Below are positions 51,819-64,000 of a stretch of DNA of 64,000 bases, in pieces. The first letter of the stretch is position 1; each line of letters begins with the position of its first letter. Both the position numbers and the translations under genes were made by a program. The stretch comes from Syncephalis fuscata S228. Lineage: Eukaryota; Fungi; Zoopagomycota. The notes under the pieces were generated by a model. That model did no database searches, was not told where the DNA came from, and saw only the letters and a program-made list of their open reading frames with translations. The stretch spans positions 248,001 through 312,000 of the forward strand of contig JAHLTZ010000020.1 in NCBI GenBank assembly GCA_025786725.1. Direction: 5' to 3'.

Positions 51819-53075
51819 ATAAATGAATTCATTAATAGCATATATATATAGGTTAAATCATTTAATAACAATTAATAATAGTAAAATGTTGTCACTACTT
51901 TGATTTTAGAAAACTATAGCTTAAATGGCTAAGTGGCACTTTATCCCGAGGTTATATTATAATGTTGTTATTGATGTTTACCAACACTTACCTCAACGTT
52001 TAGAGTACAATGTGCCTATTGATTAGTATTAATTTGATGATAAACTAATAACTTTTATGATATTACATAGAAATAAATGAAACAAAAGTTAATATACTCT
52101 ATTGCTGCTGCTTAAAGTTATTACTATATAGTAAATATAGCTAATAGTAAACCTTGCAAGCTTGATATTGTCTCACCATTAACGCAGCATTAGCTGTTTA
52201 TGTAACTATTCATATGTTTACAATAATAAATATTTACTAATCATATAGTTGTAGTTGTTGTTTATTATTAGCAGCTGATGCTGATATCCAATATATGTAT
52301 TAGGCTTTTTATCAGTCAGCTGCGATATTAATAGATTGCTTAATTATACGATGTATTTTCTAGTCACTTTATTACAATAATATGATCATAATATTAAAAT
52401 AATAGCATTTTAATTGATATTAAGCTATTGCGCAATTAATAGTGTTTTAATGTAATTGTATCGCCATCAGCTTGGGCCATTGTAATTAAGCACTCGGTCT
52501 GATATTATAGCACTATACTTAGCTATCGATGCTTAAAATGCTGTTATAAACTATAAATCCAGCAGCTCTTTTTATTATAACCATGTTTTTATTAAAATAA
52601 AAAGATATTTTGATTATACAATATTATTTAAATGTGTAATGTAATTTGTGGTCCAATCTTTAGCAATGATTAAATAAACCTGTTTTTTTTGATATTGGCG
52701 TTTGAACAATAGAAACTACGCAAATATGGCATTACTATAATGGGCTACGTTTTATCATGCCGTTCAATACATTTATAGACATAAAAATGCCACTTTAAAA
52801 CATCTGTAGTTTCAGAGTCCGTACTGAGATGCGGAGGTTATTTGTTTATGGTTTATTCCATGTGCTCGTTTCACGTTTTTCACAAAAATAAATACCATAT
52901 TTGTTCAATCTGAGAGTAAACGTATCGGCTATTGCATGATATATTTTGCTATAAATATATGCATTTTCAGCATATCTATTCGTCTAATCATCACATCATA
53001 CTTTTCCTCGCGTACTAACTTTATAGAAAGTACAACCTTTTATTGACGACTGGACCTTGACATAGCATATTCACG

Positions 53076-54270
53076 ATGAAGTCTATTTTGCTATCACCAC
53101 CACTGCACTCATGCTAGTGTCGGTTACTCAAGTCACACCTGCTAATGGCATGCCAGGTTTATTTGGTACCAAACCCGATCCCGTGCCCGATGCCACTGGC
53201 AAGTGCCACTGAATTCATCTATGTTATTTACTAACATATTATTCATGTAGAGTTTATGAATATTAAATTGGATGGTGAAACTGATCCATTTGCCATTTAT
53301 GATCTCAAGCTTATAGGCAAAGAATCCAATATTAGGGGCGTACATTATATTGATGGAATGCAAAGAAAAGATCCGATTCAGCTTGCATGTGGATCAACTT
53401 CAAATACAAAAACTACGCCCTTCAAGTATACGAGGCAAGTCTTATATAGCAGCAAACATACAAAACTGACAAATACAATCAACTACAGGATTTATTGAAA
53501 TCCAAATTGTCATATGAAACCAACGAAGTTTTGAAATTATGTTACCTAAAGGGCAATTTATATTGCCTGGACATGTTAAATGCTATATTTTACCATATAA
53601 AAAATGTGATCCGCAATACAACCCTGTTTCTAAAAATTTTGGAGAGTATGTCAAATTTAATAGCTATTGCTTTCACATACTAACAGTTATTCTAACTTTT
53701 CAATTAGTCTTATGGGTGCTCAGATAGATTATTTACATAAAAGATGGTCTAGAGTTGGAAGAGGTAAAGACTTGAATTGTCTATATATTGCAAACTAAAT
53801 CGTGATTAGTGCTAGATATTATAAAAAAAATGGATGGTACGCCAATGGGGATTATGAAAGTAAGTAAAGCATATTGTTGTTTATTGTTGTTTATATTAAT
53901 GCTACTGTTAGATATTTGCTTCACTGGGAAGAAAGATGACTACAAAGTATTTTTTACCAAATTCGACAATACTATTTCATTAGAAAAACTTATTGAATTA
54001 CAAAGAAGTAATAGAGTCCAAAAAATCAATAAGCATATCATAGAACAAACTTTATATAAACTCCCTTACGACTAAGAAATGGATATATATATGGGCTTAA
54101 AAGAAATAAAAAATAAATGGAGATACAATTGGAGTAATATCCGTACAGAAGAACCGAGTTGGAAAGTGGCTGCATTAGAAGGTAACACTTACCAGCTAGA
54201 GTCATTCAACGACTTGTTATTGCCTCTACGTGAGAATAGCAAGTTTTACAAAGAATCAATATTTGTTTAA
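53076..54270 (+). CDS. Secreted hypothetical protein, tandem paralog 1 (apparent frameshifts)
   Basis: Signal-like start (MKSI..., then TTTALMLVSVTQV after an apparent frameshift); exon/intron layout collinear with 55401-56587. Confidence 0.7.
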
Positions 54271-55400
54271 ATAAATAATGGCATGTTATGGTTCAATTGT
54301 TACAGCTGTGTAATATGCCAATATTAATTATTTGTTTATTAAATATGCTATTTCATAACTATTGTAAATATTATTTAGCATGCTTTAAACGGCACCATCA
54401 GTACTTTATAAAAACAAATTGCTATACAATCTGCTGCATAAACTAGCTTATTTCAGTATATTTAATTTTCTATATCCTTCAACGTTTTATATGCGTTAAT
54501 AATAATAATTATCATGACTGGCAAATACTAGACTCAATATGACGAGATTATCTAATGAATTCTGATAAACAAACGGTTGCATTTTTACACTGTTCCTTTG
54601 TGATTCATTTGTTTTTTGTGTCAAAGTGTCGAAACACAATGCTTCATCGATGCACAATGACGTTTAATGACTTGAACATTCTAGTATCGTTGGATTTAAA
54701 TACTCGAAACCAACTGCTATTTCCCTTACATAATACTAATATTATTTTAAAAGTTTCAATAATATAATTGGCACGACGCTATTGCGTGCTTAATAATGTT
54801 TAATATGATTACAGCACCATCAAAATAAACCATTTAAATTAAGCATTCGAACTGTTGCTATATAACTTATTTGTTTATTTATAATGATATTGTTATTTTG
54901 AGCTATGTATTTAAAAGTAGTTTTTTTATTATATCCATGTCTTTAACAGCATAAGATATTTGGCTATATGTTATAGTTTATATAAACAGTGTAATGTCCA
55001 TGGCACAATCTTTAGCAATGATCAAATCTATTTGCATTTTTGAATATTTATGCTTGCAAAAATAATAGGCACAAAAATGATAATGCTACAATAAACCATG
55101 TTTCATCTGCTTCGTGCTACTCAATATATATGTAGAAATGAAATGCTACTTTAAAACATTGTAGTTTCAGGATCTGTTGGAATGCGGAGATTAGTTGTTT
55201 GCGGTTTATTCCATGTGCTCTTTTCGCAATTTCTTACTCAAAACCTGTACTATTGCACAATGTATTTTGCTATAAATATCTGCATTTTCTAGCAGACTTA
55301 TTTGTCTAATCGTCACATCATAATTTTTCCTCACGTACTAGCCTCATAAAAAGTGCAACATTTTACTCGCAGACTGAACCTTGGCATAGATATATTTACA

Positions 55401-56587
55401 ATGAAGTCCGTTCTTACTATTGCTGCTATTACGCTCATGCTAGTATCTGTTGCCCAAGCCATGTTTGTTAATGGCATATTACGTGTTCTCACGCCTAAGC
55501 ATCAGCCTCTATCCATGTTCAAGCCCCTGGCAAGTACCTACTACAAGTTATCTGTCTTGTTTACTAACGTTATTACTCGTGCAGATCTATGGATATTAAT
55601 GAAAAAGATATAAGAAAACTATTTACCCCGCATAACATTATATTAAAAGCAAAGGATCTACTATCAATAACGTATATTATATTGATGGAAAGAAGGGTAG
55701 CGAGCTCATTCGGGTTGCATGTGGATCAAAATCAAATACAGAGAATTACGCCATTCAAGCATACGAGGTAGGTTTATACGACAACGGACATGCAAAAACT
55801 AAGAATATAATCAATCACAGGATCTATATAATTCAGAATCGCTACATGTTATTAATAGTGATTTTGGAATTGTAGTACCTAAAGAGCAATTTACAATATC
55901 TGGAGGTAATACATGCTATATTTTGCCATACATAAAATGTGAACCGACAACAACACTATTTCTAAAGGCTTTGGGAAGTATGTCAAATTTAATAGCTATA
56001 GCTTTTACATAATATAAAATATTCTAACGTTTAATTTAGTGCGTGGCTTCAGGATCTAGATCGCATAACTGAAATATGGAGGAAAATTGGAACAGGTAAA
56101 AATTTGGATTGTTTATATATTGTAAACTAAACTTTGATTAGGACTAGATTATTTAAAGAAAAAAGGATGGTACACCCACATGGATATTGAAGGTAAATGT
56201 AGTATATTGCTGTTTACTGGCATTTACATTAATTATAATGGCAGAAACTTGCCTTATTGGAGAAAAAGATAACTACAAGCCATACTTTGTCAATTTCAAT
56301 AATGCTATTCCAGTAGGAAAAGGCCTTATTGAGGCTGAAAACATAATAACATTGTTTTGAAAGATACCTTGCATAAATTCAATCTAAAATTACACAACGG
56401 ATTTGTAAATTGGTTTGTCGACACTCCAGAAATGAAATGGAAATACAACTGGGAGAAGACTACAGTAGAATCAGCCAAAGAACTGACGGATTTTAAAAAC
56501 ATCATAATTATTTAAAGATAATAGATCATTTATTATTGGCTAAAGATGAGAAATAGCAAGTTGCACAATAAAGCAATATTTACTTAA
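55401..56587 (+). CDS. Secreted hypothetical protein, tandem paralog 2 (several apparent frameshifts; may be a pseudogene)
   Basis: MKSVLTIAAITLMLVSVAQAMF; shared motifs (L/V)ACGS, TPFK(Y/H)T, CYI(L/F), KW(R/K)YNW. Confidence 0.65.
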
Positions 56588-57120
56588 ATAAAGCAATGTC
56601 ATGTTATGATCCAATTGCTGCAACCGTATAGTATTGCTTGCTATTTTTTATTTGCTTCTCAAGCAATGGCATTAAATAGATATTGTATAATGTCATTTAG
56701 CATGATTTAAACAATAAACACCTAGTATTGTATGAAAGCAAACTAGATAACAACTTATTGCATAAACTTTGTGTATTTCAATTCATCTGACCCTTTTTCA
56801 TTCTGTTGATACTCTACATCAGCATTAACAATATAGACTAACATTGTTATAGATATTGTTTATTGGCTATATTATAGTAATAATAAATTATAAAAATTAT
56901 CAATCTAATATTATCAATCTAATATTATGATTTTTTATACATATATATTAGCACACATACTAGCATAGGTCTGTACGTAGTTAAAGCTTTTTAAATTATT
57001 ACCACTTGTAGTGCAGCATATAGCATGTATGCTGTCAAAGCTGCTGTATACTTGATTTGCTTAAATAGCTAACATAGTCATTGTGCTGACTGCTGTATAT
57101 GACAAATGTGGTGACCAAAT

Positions 57121-58005
57121 GCTACTAAACTCGCTGCATGTTTTGATTTGCCATAGATCACCACTGCAGTCGTTTTAAAAGTAGTAGTAGATTGCACTTT
57201 TAGCACGGCCACTGAATAACATTTCAGTACCATACAGTGCGATCTACTACTGTTGCTACTGTATATGCTATTGCCAGCACGATCTATAGTGGCGATCAAT
57301 AGCAAAGCAAAGCATATAGTCGCTACATTCATCGTACTGGCAGTTGTGCATATACAACAGCGTAATCTCCAATAATCCATAGCATAAACAAAGCACACAG
57401 CGAGATTTAACAGCATACCCTCAACATAACATAAAATAAACCAGGAATGCACTTATCGTGTCAAAGAGGCTGTCAACAACAATGATCGGAGTGATGAAGG
57501 TGATTTGTAAAAAGGTCAGATTACAAAAGAGCAATGCAAGGACATAGTGTAAATAGTGTTTGTACATAACTAGTAGTCAGTCAACTACTGACACTATCTA
57601 ATTGGTATATATGGAGTGTACAAGTATATGCAATGGATATATGCTATCAAGTGTGAAGAAAGAGAAAGGGAAATGTGATGACGTAGATTGTGAGCTGTGA
57701 GCCTGTCAGTCAATATTTATAAACAGCCGAGTTTAATTCATTAATAAATGCAATGTGAAATAATAAAAGTCAATCTACCCAACATGTCAGTACATCATAG
57801 AACAGATTAATAGTAAATGAATAAATGCATTAAAAATAAAAGCCATTTTACCACCAAAACTACTCATTATCATAGAACATATACTCAGTATATTAAAAGA
57901 TCAATTAAATATAATAAAAGTCATATACACCCAAAAACACTCATTATCATAAAACATGTTGTCAGTATAATAGCGAATGTATTAAAATAATAATAATTTA
58001 TTGAT
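57121..58005. mobile_element. Cassette B copy 2 (~880 bp), with a different left junction
   Basis: Near-identical direct copy of 37684-38565, including the TAG-interrupted poly-Gln tract and ~75-bp tandem modules. Confidence 0.85.
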
Positions 58006-58048
58006 AGCTACAAAATTTAATAATAATCTACTAATACATAAAATACTA

Positions 58049-60538
58049 CTATATTGTGCGTTCTCGACCAATTAACGCTCTTTTGGGAATAGGAGCAGCC
58101 AGTGCCTCCTCGCTTTTTATAGGCGTTAAGTGATAGAATAACAGGTAGCCGTCTTGGTCAATTTCCCTAAAGGCTGCCTCTGTTGGCATAATACGTACAC
58201 GACTCGCTTCTGGCGCCGTATCATCCATACGAATCCATTGGCTATCACGCTCTAGTGCTAGCAATGGATTGGATGGTGGTAACGGCGCTAATGTTGGATG
58301 GGCAGCTCTTTCTTTACCGCCCACACCTACTACGCCTACGCCATCCACTAGACCGCTTAATGGTAATTTACTATTGCTATTACTGCTATTGATATTACTG
58401 TTGCTAATATTACTGCTGCTACTGCTACTGTAAATACTGTCTTCGCTACTCCGTTGACCAGTAGTAGATTTATCGCGTTTATACACCGACGGTAACGATG
58501 TACTTGTGCGATTTGATCTACTAGTAGCGGTGGCTGACCGTCTAGGCAATCGATAGCGCCGACTTTGCTTACTCTCGCTACTGCGTTGCATTAATAAATT
58601 ATCCGCTGCAGTTTCTAGAGGTGTCACTGGAATAAATTGTCGACAAAATGCTACATAATGTCCACGATCTAGTGATGAACCACGATGGCATACTGCAGCT
58701 TGTAACGTTAAGCGATACTGAATATCACCATCTGATTCAGTATGTGTAGGTGATACAAATGGCGTAAAATCCATTTCTTCTGGTATAATGACTCGTCGAT
58801 TTGATCTTATCCATCGACCGGTCATTGTTTGTCGATACCGTTTAAGCATTATAGGCAGTAGAATGCGTCGATCAGAGAAATGGACCGACTGTGCCGTTGT
58901 TCGTTGACCTGATTCATTCTCTGCTGACCAGAATGGCAACATGGATAGCGCTGACCATGCATCCAGTTGAATAACTGATGAAATAGATCCGGATCTTTGC
59001 ATTAATTCAACCAATTCTGGCATTGATGGTATCGTTGGTGCTGTAGCTGGATCATTATATATAGATTCTAATACTTCTTCTTCAATTATTTCTTCAAGTT
59101 CTTCAGTTATTTCTTGTGGCTGTTTTCCTTTACTATGATTTACCAATTCTTTATCTTGTTGTATATCATTCATAGTATTAATGATTTTTGGCTCTTCATT
59201 AATTTTCTTTAGTTTACGTCGTCGTAGTCCTTGTACTCGTGTACCAAAGAAGTGCATAGTTAGTAGACGTTCAAGAGAAATAGGATCGGCATTTGTCTTT
59301 TTGTTAAGTATGCGTTGGCCTAGCCATGATGTTCGATGAATTGTTGAATTAGAATCAAAATTATCTTTTTTTCTATTATTGTTACCATTCATATCAGCTC
59401 TATGTTTATGTCCTTTTTTTTTACTGTCTTTGTCTTTACGTAGTTTGCTTTCAACAAACTTTTCTGTTTCAGTATCATCTGGAATAGCCAATTGTAATAA
59501 ACGTTCAGTGACTAATCGATTATCGTCAATATCTGTACGGCCGGTGTGTAGCATCCGTACTTCAAATGGTAAATATGGCAGCTCTAGTAAATCAGTAAGA
59601 AACATAAACAGCTCTCCAGCATCCTCTTGCGTCGTTAATAGAAACGGTGAATGACGCGATGCAGTGGTGGTTTCTGTTCCAGCAACTGTTTTTGCCGTAG
59701 CAGTTGATGATGACAACGACATGGCTGTTGCTGTTGTAGCAGTGGCATTAACTGGTGCCGATGCAGCCAGTAAAGTCATACCGCCATTACTGCCACCAAA
59801 ACTACGGCCAGCCATGGCCAGTGGTGTAGTGGCTGTCATTGGATGAAGAACACGTACACCACGCCATCCACACGCCGCCAAATCCTCACACAATTGGCAT
59901 ACCATGGGGCGAGCTACTGACTGGCCTGCTCGTAATTGATTGACCATAACACGACAAGTTACTTGGACTCTTGTAGCCAGTGGATGCGATAATGGACGCG
60001 GCTGTAATAATGCATCGAATGCATCTTGACAGCCAAACATAGCAAATAATAAACTATCTATTTACAATGAATTAGTTCATTATATAATATTTATTATTGA
60101 TATTATATTATTTACATGTAGCAAATTAATTATATATAATATGATTTATATATTTGTTTGGTTAACTCACCTAAATAACAGCTAGTGCCATTAAAGTTTT
60201 CAATACCTCGTACAAATACATTATCCATAATTGGCAATAACACACCAGCTTTAGCAAGTGCCATGCTTTCAAGATAGGCCACACTGGCCGATACATCCCA
60301 GCCAAATCGTTCTAACGCCCGTTCACGCTCTTCAACAGTCGTATCAACACCTTGCAAGTCCAAATATGATGCAACTGATATTACAGTTAGTATTTAGTAT
60401 AACAAATAGCAGTAGCAATTTTAGTAGTAGCAATTTACCTTTGGCTACTTTTATCTCTCGCCGTTCTGACTCGGTCGTGCCCCATAACCAACGACGCACA
60501 GCCGGTCCTACTTGACTCAATGACTTGACTTGTAACAT
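58049..60538 (-). CDS. Ubiquitin C-terminal hydrolase (USP/C19, CYLD-like) with a UBA-like N-terminal segment
   Basis: RGIENFNGTSCYL|DSLLFAMF Cys box, QEDAGE, CHRGSSLDRGHYVAF His box, WIRMDD; ERALERFGWDVSASVAYL. Confidence 0.88.
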
Positions 60539-61689
60539 GAATTAAACAAATGCTAATGGAAATGCTTATTCAGGAACAATAAAAAACGCAATATGGATAT
60601 TCAACGTAAAAAGAAGCAGGCCTACACGAATAAAGGCTTTTAACAGTATTTGGTCGTTGTTTTAAGAAGAACAAAAAGTCTTATGCAATAGTAGATGGAT
60701 GGACTCGACACAGCTGAGAATTGCCAGATACTATCGGAACATCCCCACACACACATATATATATATGGCTATAGATAGATATAGATACAAGTAGGTAAAT
60801 TGATGGATTTCTATATTCATCGGCTAATCATCACTTTATAAGTGTGTATAGATGGGTAGGTAAGTAGTGGTTGACTGCCAAGACTCCGACGATGACCAAT
60901 GGTTGCTCATACTCACATACGAAAAAGGACTGTTTGTTTCTTTATTGGTTTCAACGACGCCAGGAAGCTTGTGTAAACGCCATTTACACCATCGTCTATG
61001 GCTGTCATCATTTATAATAAATAACACATAATACATTGTATTGAATAAAGTGTGCGTGGCATAACTGGACAAATCAATACACCTAGTCATATTGTCTCAA
61101 TTATCGTGTTCTAATATTTATTTTACCATAAAAGGTATTGCATATTGCTCAAACATTTGTCACGCTCCCATCATGTGATAATCAGCCTGGCAAGCCCGTG
61201 GCCATTCATCACAGACTAACAAGTTAAAGAGAGAGAGAGAGAGAGAATGAAAGAAATAAGGCGATTTCTACATGCATAGCATAAACGATGATGGTACAGT
61301 CAGCACAAAAATGTCATCATTTCTATGAAATGCTCGGCGTCGGAACAATACATATACGTATATATATATGTAATAATAAAGCACATAAGCGGTAAAACGC
61401 AATCCGTCTCTCTCACTAATCCACTACATACTAATTGATTGCCAAATAAGAACCACACACACACACACACAGTTATTGTAATTTAAATCATCGTCATCAG
61501 TGCATTGTCCCCATTTATTCTTCCTTCTTTCTTTCCACTCACCTTTAGTTTGTTCAACGCTTGTACAAAGAACGACAACAACAACACGCACACTTCCGAT
61601 CATCCCGTTGGTTTTAAGCATCTTTTATTTTGCAAGAATCTATATTATTTTTGGCATTATTTGTTGCTGATTGCACGTATCAAGGCACA

Positions 61690-62847
61690 ATGACGCCACA
61701 AACGCTGAGTTATGCTGGTGAGTTTGAACACCAGCTATAGATGTGTCGACGTATTAATCATCTTTTGTTGATTAGAAACGGTCGATGTTGTATGCGATTT
61801 CCGTAAGTACTGATCCTATTATATGGTTATGCAATACCTGTGCTAACCAACTATATGATAGTCGAAACGGCTATTCATATGATATTGTATATTCGTGAAT
61901 TATATCCACCACGTAAGTAGATGATTTGACTGTATACGTTGATCAATAAATAACTTTTATTACATAGATCTATTTGAACGCCAAAAGAAGTACAATGTGC
62001 CGGTTCATGTCGCTCGACATCCCGAACTCGTTGAGTATGTCAAAGACATGATCCGAGCTTGTCGACCCGATCTTGAAAAGGTAAATACTAGCATTTGTTG
62101 CATTTACGAGTGTATGCTAATTGACAAGGGGTACGTTGGTATTGCTGCAGGGTGCTGTCGAGCGTATATGTTTGGTTGTGGTCAACAAGGCCTATACGCC
62201 GGTGGAGCGTTTTGTATTTGAGATTGATGCACTTATTGATCCAAAATCTATCGACAAGGATGCAGTGTAAGTGACCAATTCGACTGCTATTTTATTTCCA
62301 TTTTTACTAATAGACAAAATAGTACAGAAGGAGGATTGACGGCCGCGGATGTCGAGGCCTATTTGCGTGCCTTTTTGCTCAAAATCAGTTTATGTGACGC
62401 GGTGTTGCATCCTAATCCACCTGGTAAGCAAGCAAATGCGGTATCAATGCAGCCACGCACGTCTACTTATCACCATTCCCTTTTCCCCTTTATTTCTGCA
62501 TCTAGATTGCACATTTGCACTTGTGCTCCAACTTAATGATGGATCACCTTCTGCGACTCAGGTAAATACAGTTTATGATTTATCTGCATTTGTAATAATA
62601 ATATTAATAATGGTGATTACAGAACGGCTTCCCTTGGGTACCTGATGACCAGCCAAAGGATGCACTATGTCCAGATCACTCTGCAAAGTTAATTCCAATG
62701 AAATCAATGGACACAGGACTTATGAAGGTAAGAAACTGATGAGCTGCTTATTATGCAGTCAATTAACTAGTTTAATGGATTTAGGTCCAATTGTTTGTAG
62801 AAGAGACAGAATTAAAAACAAAAACACCGGTATCTGCTCAAGGTTAA
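61690..62847 (+). CDS. REV7: DNA polymerase zeta subunit Rev7 / MAD2L2 (HORMA)
   Basis: CDF|LETAIHMILYIRELYPP|LFERQKKYNVPVHVARHPELVEYV, PVERFVFE, EAYLRAFLLKI, DCTFALVL, QLFVEE. Confidence 0.9.
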
Positions 62848-63623
62848 TGATTTGTATATATGGATCGGCCATCTATAGCTAGCGAGCACTATTAGTATTA
62901 GCTTTATAATCTATATTCCTATATGTTATTGTTTTATCTGTCATTTCATATTCTACGTCGTATTCCTATTTTTATTTCATAGTTATCTCTGTCGTGACTG
63001 CAATATTGTCAATTCTATTCTTGTATTCTTACTATTAAACGGTTTCCTCTTTCAGTCTCATCTACACTCACTCACCTACCCATTCAACCATTCACACTCG
63101 TTATCTACCTCATCCCTCATCCTTCTTCCCCGTCACTCATCCTACTCGTCACCATCATGATGCCCATTCTACCACTGCCAATTTAAGCGTATCAACTGCT
63201 CTGTTCCGGTCTCATTTCAAATGCCAGGCTTATGACGTAGCGTGCTTTTTCGTCAACCATTTCCGGTCCAGCCCGGCCCCTTTTGTGGCATGAACGGGCA
63301 TCTGTTTCGCTCTTTATTTCAAGCCCACTATTTTACCACTACTGTTACCACACTACCATGGGCGCTTGGCTCTAGGTAAATGTGAACGTAGTTGCGAGCA
63401 TGTGTGTGAAATTATCTTTGTCTGCATTGTGTGTGTCCCTTTTGTGGCATTCTTTCTTTTTATCTTTCTTTAGCCTGTTTTAAATAAATTATTCACAGGC
63501 CTATGTTATTAAATGTTCAAGTGTTGAACAACAACAACAACAACAATAATAATAATAATAATGGCAAATAAATATTGTAATATAATAATTTAATTGGTAA
63601 ATTTATTTAAATAGTGTTAAATT

Positions 63624-64000
63624 TTAATGTAAGTTAAAATAAGATGTTAAACGGGCACGCGATGTAAATCGGCTATAGCCAGATGTTACAGTTTGTTTAA
63701 TGTCGACTTCCGTTGTTTCAGACCCAATGGGACTACTAAGAGAGTCGGCGGCATTTCTTACATCGACGCAATAGTTTGTCAAAATGGTCAATGTCAATAT
63801 CCTGCAGCGAGTATTATTAATACTTTATAATAAATTGTTTTAAAGCTTACCAATCAACAAAGAATAATGCATCAGCAAATGTTTTGCCGATTTTGAAATA
63901 CAGTAATACATTGCATAGAATATTGGCAAAAAGAACAAGTAGCACAGCTTGTATACCGTCTCTGGCTAAACGCTTCCAAGCGAACAATCCAAATTTACTG
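63624..64000 (-). CDS. 3' end of a multi-pass membrane protein (putative 7TM/GPCR-like family)
   Basis: FGLFAWKRLARDGIQAVLLVL..ANILCNVLLYF...ADALFFVD|WILTLTILTNY...TSYFNLH*; GTAAGC...GCAG intron; one frameshift. Confidence 0.6.

Noticed and set aside
63358-63380. Possible first exon MGAWL.. of a myristoylated protein
   Set aside because: Immediate in-frame TAG and no downstream exon before the convergent gene; unsupported

Overview
Eukaryotic, AT-rich, intron-dense fungal DNA with short GT-AG introns and several micro-exons. Gene content and lineage-specific families suggest an early-diverging fungus, most likely a Zoopagales mycoparasite such as Syncephalis (inference). Conserved genes occur in compact clusters: SFH1, MMM1, NCA2, an STK32/YANK kinase, an MRX8/EngB GTPase, ACL4, PCP1, a CCCH/CHY zinc-finger protein, DIS3L2, ESF2, CYP10/PPIL3, a CYLD-like USP and REV7. 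These alternate with accessory islands carrying intronless F-box proteins, a secreted RNase T2 with a substituted catalytic His, secreted pseudokinase-like proteins, two tandem secreted paralogs and an FHA-type kinase. Most islands contain a modular repeat family built from a ~120-bp unit starting AAATGACTA (about 15 copies, both orientations). The family forms MITE/foldback-like units, a 765-bp inverted pair around the RNase T2 gene, and the flanks of two duplicated cassettes. Both cassettes carry gene relics that look C-to-T hypermutated (Gln codons turned into TAG/TAA), a RIP-like pattern not established for this lineage. Many conserved genes show 1-bp frameshifts in homopolymers, probably assembly errors. 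All translations and alignments were done by eye, so coordinates may be off by a few bases.
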